Shown here: positions 36,607 to 44,481 of the stretch, piece by piece
Position numbering within the stretch: position 1 is the first letter of the stretch
Layout: each line of letters opens with the position of its first letter
Source: Candidatus Thalassarchaeaceae archaeon
GTDB taxonomy: Archaea > Thermoplasmatota > Poseidoniia > Poseidoniales > Thalassarchaeaceae
Direction: 5' to 3'
Length of the DNA stretch: 64,000 nt
NCBI GenBank assembly: GCA_034399535.1
Contig: DASCSS010000018.1
Span: 492-64,491, forward strand
Notes under the pieces: model-generated
The model's database searches: none
What the model saw: only the letters and a program-made list of their open reading frames with translations
Told to the model about the DNA's origin: nothing
Position numbers and translations under genes: made by a program

Positions 36607-37094
36607 CCTAATCCGGATTTCCAAATCGTACCATCTTCGCGTACCTCTTTTTTCCAGAGGGGTGCTTGATTCTTCAGCTCCGTAATCAACCAAGAGCAGG
36701 CCGAGAAGCCCTGCTTTCTGTGAGTGGAACCGACATGGATACAGACTATCGGTTCCCCGGCAGGGACTGCGCCGATTCTATGGGCGATCACTATCGAGCG
36801 AATTCCGAACTCTTCGATCGCCTGCTCCGCGATGGAATGCAAAACTCCCGGTAGCGCATCCTCCCAAGCATCAAACTCGAGACGTTCCACACGTACTCCG
36901 TCCTCCTCTGATCTAGTGATCCCAACAAAGCTAACAATGCTTCCACATCCTTCATCGAGTTCGCAACGCAATTCTCCAGGATCGAGCCTGGTTTCTTCTA
37001 TGCGAACGTGTACGACCACGATGTGCCATACACTCACCCCGCTTGAAGACGACTGATGACCCAACCGTTCAAGCGGACCCCTAGGGTCGGGCAT
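36603..37094 (-). CDS. moaE: Molybdopterin synthase catalytic subunit MoaE
   Basis: GSIVSFVGITR, IAHRIGAVPAGEPIVCIHVGSTHRKQGF and APLWKKE blocks. The true start is probably internal (a Val codon near 37030), since the annotated start is 2 nt from a divergent gene. Confidence 0.8.
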   Translation of the reverse strand: MPDPRGPLERLGHQSSSSGVSVWHIVVVHVRIEETRLDPGELRCELDEGCGSIVSFVGITRSEEDGVRVERLEFDAWEDALPGVLHSIAEQAIEEFGIRSIVIAHRIGAVPAGEPIVCIHVGSTHRKQGFSACSWLITELKNQAPLWKKEVREDGTIWKSGLG

Positions 37095-37096
37095 TC

Positions 37097-38320
37097 ATGG
37101 GAAATGAGGTCCATATCCTTGGGGCGGGACTGTCAGGATTGGCGGCTGCCACTATTCTCGCAAGATCTGGAAAGGAAGTCCACGTCTATGATATCCGTGA
37201 GGACAGTGGGGCTAGATTTGATGGTGATTTCCAAGGAATCGAGAACTGGACCAGCGAAGTGGACTTTTTCGATGAGATGCGAGAATGGGGCCTGGATCCA
37301 TTGGAATTCAAATCTGACGACTTTGGAGTCATCGACCTAGTTCATCCAGATGACGAAATCACAAAACCAAGAACAGATGGTGTTGCCTTCAGAGTAGTTG
37401 AAAGGGGAACCGCAGAACACACTATAGATCAGGGTTTCAAGAGGATGGCAATCGAGTCTGGTGCGAACATTCACTATGGGATTCGGAAGGAAGCAGAAGA
37501 GTGTGACATTGTTGCAGCTGGTCCAAAGGAATCCAGTGCGGTGGCATTCGGAGAGATTTTCGAGACCAGTCACCCGAACATTGTGGTTTTCCAGCTCAAT
37601 GACAAACTCGCCCCTGGAGCATATTCTTACATGATCATCATCGATGGAATAGGATTGATCTGCACCTGCCTGTGGAGGAAGCAGAGTAAGAGCGGACGAT
37701 TCCTGAACGAGACAATTGCGTGGTATGAGGGTCACTACGATTTGGACAGAGCTCCAATCAAGAGGGTTGGCGGAAAGGGCGACTTTGGATTGCCGGGAAA
37801 GTATGTTCATGAGGGAAGATTCTACGTTGGTGAGGCTGGTGGTCTACAGGACTTCATGTGGGGATTCGGGATGAGGTATGCAGTGACAAGTGGGGTTATT
37901 GCTGCTAAGGCAATTCTAGGGGAGTGTGACTATGAGCACGACGTGCGAAAGAGATTAGTCCCTCTAGTAAGGGCCAGTGCAATCAACAGATTCCTAATGA
38001 ACAGAGTGGGGGACAGAGGCTTCAAACTGGTCGCGAACCACTGGATGAGGGATCAGAGGCGCAATGGTGACGGGCTCAACTTCATGCGATGGCTGTACAA
38101 ACCGGGACTGTTGCGTAGGACTCTGTGGCCAATTGTGAAGATGGGGATGTTAAGAAAGAAGAATCTATCAGATGGTAGGGAGGTCAGGAGGATGCCTTTC
38201 AGACGCTCGCTGTCGAGGGACAACTGGCATCCAAGCGACAGGGCCTTAGAGATTGGCGAGGAGTGGAAATCCGTTCAACGAGGAGGGGGGGGCGAATCAT
38301 TCAAGCAGACAGAGGCATAG
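37097..38320 (+). CDS. FAD-dependent oxidoreductase (geranylgeranyl reductase/FixC-like)
   Basis: N-terminal VHILGAGLSGLAAATILARSGKEVHVYD dinucleotide fold and a GxGD-like later block (GEAGGLQD). The C-terminal tail is basic. Confidence 0.62.
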   Translation: MGNEVHILGAGLSGLAAATILARSGKEVHVYDIREDSGARFDGDFQGIENWTSEVDFFDEMREWGLDPLEFKSDDFGVIDLVHPDDEITKPRTDGVAFRVVERGTAEHTIDQGFKRMAIESGANIHYGIRKEAEECDIVAAGPKESSAVAFGEIFETSHPNIVVFQLNDKLAPGAYSYMIIIDGIGLICTCLWRKQSKSGRFLNETIAWYEGHYDLDRAPIKRVGGKGDFGLPGKYVHEGRFYVGEAGGLQDFMWGFGMRYAVTSGVIAAKAILGECDYEHDVRKRLVPLVRASAINRFLMNRVGDRGFKLVANHWMRDQRRNGDGLNFMRWLYKPGLLRRTLWPIVKMGMLRKKNLSDGREVRRMPFRRSLSRDNWHPSDRALEIGEEWKSVQRGGGGESFKQTEA

Positions 38321-38395
38321 ACCGATGACCTCCGTTTGATTGATATGGCGGCACTCTGTCGAATCTACATGACATCCTGGCCCAAGCTAGAGCCG

Positions 38396-39226
38396 ATGCA
38401 GAACAACCTAGTGAACTACGGAGTTACTGATAACGGAATTGCCGTTATTGAATTGACCTCAGATTCCTCCGGAAGCCCGTGGACGGAGGGTAAGACCTCC
38501 GTGAACACGTACACACACGAGATGATGAGGGATATAGACGAGGCAGTCCTGAGGGCTAGGTTTGACGATGATGTCACAGTCATCGTTCTGACGGGAAACG
38601 GGGAGAAGTTCTTCTCCGCCGGGGCCAGCATCAGTATGCTAGACTCGGTAAGTCCCGGATTCAAGTATTTCTTCTGCCTTCATGCTAATGAGACTCTGAG
38701 CAGACTTGAACAGACTCCGAAGCTAGTAATTGCGGCACTCAACGGTCACGCGGTAGGTGGAGGTCTAGAGATTGCAATGGCGGCAGACATCAGGATTGCG
38801 AGGAAGGACTCGGGGCAGGTCGGACTTCCCGAGGTTTCGCTTGGAGTTCTCGCCGGCACTGGCGGAACTGCGAGGCTCGCCAGGCTTGTTGGCAAGGCCA
38901 AGGCCATGGAGATCATGGTAACAGGGAGGAAGTTCTCTTTCGAAGAAGCTCGAGACATGTCACTGGTACACGACATTTGGGATGGTAGCCTAAATGAGTT
39001 CCAACAGGATATGATTGACTACGCTAGTCAGTTCACCCTTCCAATGGCGGCCAGCAAGGCGATTGGCAATATCAAGCGCAGCGTGCAGAGCGGAATGGAA
39101 ATCCCATTGGAATACCATCTTGCACTAGAGCGAGAACTGCAGTCGGACCTGTTCCAGAGCTCAGATGCAAAGGAAGGAATTGCGGCATATGTCGGAAAGA
39201 AGACCCCTCGATTCAAAGGCAAGTAG
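38396..39226 (+). CDS. Enoyl-CoA hydratase/isomerase (crotonase family)
   Basis: Oxyanion-hole blocks FFSAGASI and ALNGHAVGGGLEIAMAADIRIA. ATG 38396 was chosen (ORF opens at 38336). Confidence 0.85.
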   Translation: MQNNLVNYGVTDNGIAVIELTSDSSGSPWTEGKTSVNTYTHEMMRDIDEAVLRARFDDDVTVIVLTGNGEKFFSAGASISMLDSVSPGFKYFFCLHANETLSRLEQTPKLVIAALNGHAVGGGLEIAMAADIRIARKDSGQVGLPEVSLGVLAGTGGTARLARLVGKAKAMEIMVTGRKFSFEEARDMSLVHDIWDGSLNEFQQDMIDYASQFTLPMAASKAIGNIKRSVQSGMEIPLEYHLALERELQSDLFQSSDAKEGIAAYVGKKTPRFKGK

Positions 39227-39236
39227 CCACAATTTG

Positions 39237-39722
39237 TCAATTCTCGAAATATTTGGCGATATCGTCGTGATAGGCAACGGCGATTCCAAAGTCATACATC
39301 TCGGAGACCCATCTATTGTCTTCGTATCCGGTTGGCGAACATATCACCATGATGTCTCCGAACCATTGCATCCTCTGAGAAATGGAATCTGTGAGAGACC
39401 AATAATCCATATCTCCCTGGATGCAGATGACATCCACGGGTTCATTGATGAGCTCAATTGACTTGAAAACTGGTTGACCGGAGATGGTTGGCATGGGGTT
39501 GCTACATTCAGGGCAGAGACCGCACTCGGGGCATACCAAATACACGTTCTTGCCGAGACGCTCCAATTTCAAAGCCAAATCAAGGTTGTCCTTCCCCTCC
39601 TCACTGCTAACTCCGATGAAAGCCCAGTTATCCTGACTGATGGCATATTCAGCAGCAGCATTTCTCTCCGTCATTCTTATTGTATGCAAGTCTATTTTTG
39701 TCATTGCATCGCAATTTTCCAT
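39237..39722 (-). CDS. CoA-binding-domain-like protein with Cys-rich insert
   Basis: WAFIGVSSEEGKDN...LERLGKNVYLVCPE...QPVFKSIELINEPVDVICI follows the YccU/CoA_binding pattern. An inserted CPECGLCPEC motif is present. Confidence 0.4.
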   Translation of the reverse strand: MENCDAMTKIDLHTIRMTERNAAAEYAISQDNWAFIGVSSEEGKDNLDLALKLERLGKNVYLVCPECGLCPECSNPMPTISGQPVFKSIELINEPVDVICIQGDMDYWSLTDSISQRMQWFGDIMVICSPTGYEDNRWVSEMYDFGIAVAYHDDIAKYFEN

Positions 39723-39743
39723 AAGGCCACCTTACATTTTCGC

Positions 39744-39794
39744 CGAACATGTGCGACCTTGGAATTGGTGTCATTACGAACACCAAACATGTTC
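39744..39794. promoter_or_regulatory. Inverted repeat GAACATGT ... ACATGTTC upstream of the nirK-like gene
   Basis: CGAACATGTG at 39744-39753 and AAACATGTTC at 39785-39794, enclosing the inner inverted repeat GGTGT/ACACC. It lies 47-97 nt upstream of ATG 39841. Confidence 0.3.
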
Positions 39795-39840
39795 TGGAAT
39801 TGAGTAATAGCATCAACAATAGTCGGAACAGTGAGAGAAA

Positions 39841-41280
39841 ATGAAACCCAAACTAACTAACAGAATGAAAACTGCAATATTGATGACTGCACTTATGGTA
39901 GGATCCCCATTCCTAGCCGGATGCACCGGAGGAGGGGAAAGTATCGCTTGCGGGGAAGGAACTTCTCTGGTTGGGGATGAATGCGTCGGCTACAACGAAG
40001 TTTCTTTTATCCTTAGAGCGGAAGAAATGTCATTCATAGGAGTGGGTGGAGCTATTGATGGGATCGTGAACCCTGATCTATCCGTGCAAGTCGGTGACAG
40101 AGTTTCAATTATCCTAATTATGGGTGAGGCTAATCTCCACGATGTCTACGTGGAGTACTTCAACGTGGCCACTGCACAGTTGTTTTCGGAAGGCTCACGG
40201 GATTCATTGACGTTCGTTGCATCTTCAGAAGGGACCTTTGCATACTACTGTAGCGTACCCGGGCATAGAGCAGGTGGGATGGAAGGAGAAATTATCGTTG
40301 GTACTGGCAAGGGATGGAGTGAGAGTGTGGAATCACAGATTGGCCCTGCATTGGATGTTGATGTTTCCAACATTGCCCGTGATCCGCTCGACGTGCCGGG
40401 ACCCACTGAAAGGAGTGCCCCTGCTGACGTCCACATCTACATGGAAGCAGTAGAAGTAGTGGCCGAGATCGAAGAGGGAGTTACGTTTACCTATTGGACA
40501 TACAATGGTACTGTTCCTGGACCTATGTTCCGAGCGAGAGTGGGGGATACAGTGTTTGTTCACTTCTCCAATCGTGATGACAGTACCATGCACCATAACG
40601 TAGACTTCCACGCAGTTACCGGGCAGGGTGGTGGGGCCGCTGCTACAGAAGCATCCCCAGGAACTACCTCGACGTTCTCGTTCAAAGCGATGCATTCTGG
40701 ACTGTTCGTTTACCACTGTGCAACCCCAGACGTACCCACTCACATCAGTAAGGGCATGTACGGGATGATACTGATTGAACCCGAAAATCCCCTCCCAGAT
40801 GTAGACAAAGAAATCTACGTCATGCAAGGGGACATCTACACCAAATGGAGACCGGGGACTTCCGGTCACCAGGAGTTCGATGACAACGCCCTCTTCGAAG
40901 AAATGCCGACTTATGTGGTATTCAATGGAAAATTCGCAACCTTCACCGGAGAGGACACTATCCAGGCCGAAGTTGGTGAAACATTGAGGATCTACTTCGG
41001 AGTTGGTGGGCCTAACACTGTTTCTTCGTTCCACCTGATTGGAGAGATCTTCGACAAAGTGTACAACTTAGGAGATTTGGTAAGTGCGCCATTGCAAAGT
41101 GTGCAGACGGTCCTCGTGGCTCCTGGGGGTGCGGTAGTTGTTGACGTAACCTTCGACGTCCCTGCGAATTACATCCTTGTTGACCATTCGCTAACTCGGG
41201 CATTCCACAAGGGTGCCGTAGGAATCATTTCCGTAACTGGTGATGAGGATCCAGAAGTTTTTGACGATGGTGATAACTGA
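39841..41280 (+). CDS. nirK: Copper-containing nitrite reductase-like multicopper protein (NirK family) with extra N-terminal cupredoxin domain; lipoprotein
   Basis: Lipobox FLAGC. The N-terminal blue-copper motif is YYCSVPGHRAGGMEG. NirK signatures are HNVDFHAVTGQGGG and YHCATPDVPTHISKGMYGMILIEP. Confidence 0.78.
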   Translation: MKPKLTNRMKTAILMTALMVGSPFLAGCTGGGESIACGEGTSLVGDECVGYNEVSFILRAEEMSFIGVGGAIDGIVNPDLSVQVGDRVSIILIMGEANLHDVYVEYFNVATAQLFSEGSRDSLTFVASSEGTFAYYCSVPGHRAGGMEGEIIVGTGKGWSESVESQIGPALDVDVSNIARDPLDVPGPTERSAPADVHIYMEAVEVVAEIEEGVTFTYWTYNGTVPGPMFRARVGDTVFVHFSNRDDSTMHHNVDFHAVTGQGGGAAATEASPGTTSTFSFKAMHSGLFVYHCATPDVPTHISKGMYGMILIEPENPLPDVDKEIYVMQGDIYTKWRPGTSGHQEFDDNALFEEMPTYVVFNGKFATFTGEDTIQAEVGETLRIYFGVGGPNTVSSFHLIGEIFDKVYNLGDLVSAPLQSVQTVLVAPGGAVVVDVTFDVPANYILVDHSLTRAFHKGAVGIISVTGDEDPEVFDDGDN

Positions 41281-41289
41281 GGTTTGACA

Positions 41290-41769
41290 ATGAAAGTTGC
41301 AGCATGGTGGATGGTGGTAGTCGCAATCCTTCCACTAGCCACCGGCTGCTTCCAACTGTCAGAAAAATTCGGTTGCGACGAAGGATCGGTAGAATTGGAA
41401 GGAGCATGCGTTCGTGGTGAATGGAACATTATTGGTATTGACTTCAGGAGTAATGACGGGTTTGAAGTAGAGGAAGGTGATCTCGTGAGACTGGAATTTG
41501 TTCCATCCACTTTTGGACACTATATCCCTAGCTATTTCCACTTAGAAGGATATGAAATTTCACAGTATATTTCGTCTCGGGAAATAGGAACATTAGATTT
41601 CATTGCCAATCAGACGGGCGAATTTTCATACTCAAGCCGGGGATCCTGTAGGATTGATATCCCAGGGGCTGGCGAAGTAATGGTAGACTGTACAGTCTTC
41701 TGTGGTGAAACGGACAATGGAAGATCGGGAGTAATTTCAGTCAAGGAAGAAGGAAGATTGAGTGATTGA
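41290..41769 (+). CDS. Lipoprotein with cupredoxin-like fold, copper ligands apparently degenerate
   Basis: Signal/lipobox LPLATGC. The beta-rich pattern EGDLVRLEFVPS...GEFSYSS...VFCGETDNGRSGVISV resembles a cupredoxin, but the His/Met ligands after Cys are absent. Confidence 0.35.
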   Translation: MKVAAWWMVVVAILPLATGCFQLSEKFGCDEGSVELEGACVRGEWNIIGIDFRSNDGFEVEEGDLVRLEFVPSTFGHYIPSYFHLEGYEISQYISSREIGTLDFIANQTGEFSYSSRGSCRIDIPGAGEVMVDCTVFCGETDNGRSGVISVKEEGRLSD

Positions 41770-42187
41770 TTTGCAGTTCAAGATTGACAAAATGATGGAT
41801 CAAAGGGTAGTATTCTTGGGGGAACGAAAGAACGTCACGGAGGCAATGGAAGCCATGCACAAAGCCGGAGTATGGTCAATTATTGTCACTAAAGAAGGGC
41901 GTCCAGAAGGAGTGGTGACCGAGAGAGATCTATTGAGAAGATGCTTCAGACCCGGATTAGATCCAGACGAAGTAGAAGTAGGGCAGATCATGAGCTATCC
42001 CCTGGTGACCATAGAAATGGGACTACCGGTAGGTTCGGTTCTCAGTCTACTGATGGCAGATGGTATTAGGAGGGCATACGTGGTAGATCTCCATGGAGAA
42101 ATAATAGGGCGAATTACCCAGACACAATGCCTCAAGGGAACTCTTGAATTCATCATGGGCATTCAGCAAACATTTGAGCAATTATGA
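41762..42187 (+). CDS. CBS-domain pair protein
   Basis: Two CBS repeats (VTEAMEAMHKAGVWSIIVTKEGRPEGVVTERDLL and IRRAYVVDLHGEIIGRITQ). Confidence 0.7.
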   Translation: MIDLQFKIDKMMDQRVVFLGERKNVTEAMEAMHKAGVWSIIVTKEGRPEGVVTERDLLRRCFRPGLDPDEVEVGQIMSYPLVTIEMGLPVGSVLSLLMADGIRRAYVVDLHGEIIGRITQTQCLKGTLEFIMGIQQTFEQL

Positions 42188-42188
42188 T

Positions 42189-42791
42189 TCAAACGAAGCC
42201 GCACCAAAGGACGTCGGAGTTTAATGGTAGAAGTTCGATGTCTATCTCCCAGACTCCTGTCCATCCCTCATCGGGGTCGAAATGTGCTTCGAACCCAGTG
42301 GGCGACCAACCATTGTCATGATTCAAAGAATATGGAGAGAATTGGGATTCTCCATTCACCTTTCCAAACAGTGAAAATCTTCCTTCAGAAGAATAAATTG
42401 AAGAGATAGAGTCAAGGCCTTGAGAGCCAGCAACTATGACATTGTCCCATTCCCCATCAATGTTAAGAGTGGCGAAAAAAATATCCCTAGAACCTTTTGA
42501 CTGGAGGGAAACTTCGCCCAATTTCATTTCTCCTTCCCACGTTCCTCCGATTCCAATTTCCCCATTCTCTAGTTTGAACGCTTGATTCATTGCCACCTTC
42601 CCCTCCCTTGTGTCGGCGGGGGTCCTTGCAATATCCATTTCTCTCAGAACATCGAGCTGCGATTCAGAGAGATCTTCAGCAGAAATTACAGAAATTGTAA
42701 CGTCACTAGGAAAAATCAGCATGGGGGAAATTGCTAGGAACGTTGAGAGGAGGAGGGGCGCGATTAGAAGAAATCTCTGTCTTTCTTGCAT
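42189..42791 (-). CDS. Hypothetical secreted protein
   Basis: N-terminal signal-like helix (FLLIAPLLLSTFLAISPML) and a beta-rich body. No motif recognised. Confidence 0.4.
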   Translation of the reverse strand: MQERQRFLLIAPLLLSTFLAISPMLIFPSDVTISVISAEDLSESQLDVLREMDIARTPADTREGKVAMNQAFKLENGEIGIGGTWEGEMKLGEVSLQSKGSRDIFFATLNIDGEWDNVIVAGSQGLDSISSIYSSEGRFSLFGKVNGESQFSPYSLNHDNGWSPTGFEAHFDPDEGWTGVWEIDIELLPLNSDVLWCGFV

Positions 42792-42842
42792 TGCAAACCT
42801 TCGACTCGGAGACGCATGAAGGCTAGAGAATTACATTACACC

Positions 42843-42854
42843 TTACATGTTCGG
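42843..42854. promoter_or_regulatory. TTACATGTTCGG motif inside hairpin TTACACC/GGTGTAA upstream of the cox operon
   Basis: The same ACATGTTC core as at 39787. It lies about 75 nt upstream of the coxC start. A related CGAACAAGTTTG occurs at 42870-42881. Confidence 0.3.
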
Positions 42855-42928
42855 TGTAAGTGGGAACCCCGAACAAGTTTGGCGTTGTGGTAATAGTGTT
42901 TCGTTTGTCCTGAGGAACGAGGGCCACT

Positions 42929-43747
42929 ATGTGTGCGATGGAAATAACGCAAGACACTAATGAGGTTGCAAAATCCAGAAATGAGATTGGAGGACTAGGG
43001 GAGGTTCACAACAGTGCAGCGCCAATAATGATGGCATTGGCAATAACGTTGATCCTAGGGGGACTTCTAGTCTGGCCTCTTACGGTTCTCGGGGTGCCGC
43101 TCCTAGCGATTTCCATTGTCTCTTGGTTGAGGGAGGAGATTCTGCTCTGGCCACATCGGCAGAAAAAATCAGGTACAGACGAATGGGGTGATGCGTCTTG
43201 GGCGATGGTTTGGATAATCATTACTGAATGCATAATCTTCGCATCTTTCTTCGCTTATTGGTTCTGGGCGCGTTGGCACACAGTCAGCTGGGATGGTGCA
43301 GTTGGAGGCTCATGGCCTGCAGACGGAGTTGACCTAGACGTCAAATTGACAGGGCTCAACACGATTATACTCCTATTTTCCGGAATTCTGGCCCATAATG
43401 CCGAAGGGAAGCACGCAGATGGTGATGCCCGGGGTTCAATAAAGATGTTAATGGGATCCATTTTGCTAGGTTTGGCCTTCCTGATTATCCAATTGTACGA
43501 ATACTTCGAGACGGGATTTCTATGGGATGACCACGCCTACGGGACCGCTTTCTATTCCCTCACCGGGCTCCACGGCTTACACGTTCTCGTAGGATTGATT
43601 GCATTATCCACCTTGCTGGCCTTACAGAAGGGGAATTTGTTTGGGGTCGAGAGGCATGATGGATTCAGAGCAGTAACAATGTACTGGCACTTCGTTGACA
43701 TTGTTTGGGTTCTGCTTTTCCTGGTTGTATACTTAGAGGTGATCTAG
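42929..43747 (+). CDS. coxC: Heme-copper (cytochrome c) oxidase subunit III
   Basis: AFYSLTGLHGLHVLVGLI and YWHFVDIVWVLLFLVVY blocks. Confidence 0.85.
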   Translation: MCAMEITQDTNEVAKSRNEIGGLGEVHNSAAPIMMALAITLILGGLLVWPLTVLGVPLLAISIVSWLREEILLWPHRQKKSGTDEWGDASWAMVWIIITECIIFASFFAYWFWARWHTVSWDGAVGGSWPADGVDLDVKLTGLNTIILLFSGILAHNAEGKHADGDARGSIKMLMGSILLGLAFLIIQLYEYFETGFLWDDHAYGTAFYSLTGLHGLHVLVGLIALSTLLALQKGNLFGVERHDGFRAVTMYWHFVDIVWVLLFLVVYLEVI

Positions 43748-44481
43748 TGTATCTGAACAAACGAACGTTCGCAGTCATTGCAGGGAGCATTGGAATATTG
43801 GCATTGACCTTTCTCGCTATTTTCAATTGGGGACAGGGGCTTGGTGGAACTGGCGCTCACGCAGAGGTATATGACGACTTGTTCACCCTCTATTGGGGCC
43901 TTGGAACTGTGATTGGACTTTCGATTTATTTCTACTTCCTGTGGTTACTAACGACTTCTACCGATGAAGAATTGGATGAAATGATAATTGGGAAATTTCC
44001 CGAAAGCAGGGGAAGAGGAAAAGTTGCTTTCGCAATTTCGATAGTTATTACATTCTTCCTCCTGGTTCTCTCTGATGCAACTTTCGACTCAATCGACTTT
44101 TTCGAAGAGCCCGAAACCAACGAAGACTCATTCACTGTACTAGTTACCGGATACCAATACTATTGGGACTACCAATACCCAAATGGAATAAACTACACTA
44201 GTTCAAGTGGTGAGCCATTGAAGATACCTGTGGGCGTCCCCATCGTCTTCGAAGTAACTAGTGGTGATGTTTTCCACTCGTTCGCCTTGCCCGAGCATCG
44301 AATCAAAATTGATGCTCTGCCCAGTAGGGCAAATATTGGGTGGATACTGGCGGAAGAAACTGGAGAATATCCAGTTCGCTGCTTCGAACTATGCGGGGAC
44401 TACCACTCACTAATGATCGGATATCTAGAGGTGATGGAGCAGGATGACTTCGAGGAGTGGTACTCTGGGGGAATTACCTGA
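43747..44481 (+). CDS. coxB: Heme-copper oxidase subunit II (CuA)
   Basis: CuA ligand pattern HSFALPE...CFELCGDYHSLM. A GTG start at 43747 overlaps the coxC stop. The ORF-track start 43705 is inside coxC. Confidence 0.85.
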   Translation: MYLNKRTFAVIAGSIGILALTFLAIFNWGQGLGGTGAHAEVYDDLFTLYWGLGTVIGLSIYFYFLWLLTTSTDEELDEMIIGKFPESRGRGKVAFAISIVITFFLLVLSDATFDSIDFFEEPETNEDSFTVLVTGYQYYWDYQYPNGINYTSSSGEPLKIPVGVPIVFEVTSGDVFHSFALPEHRIKIDALPSRANIGWILAEETGEYPVRCFELCGDYHSLMIGYLEVMEQDDFEEWYSGGIT

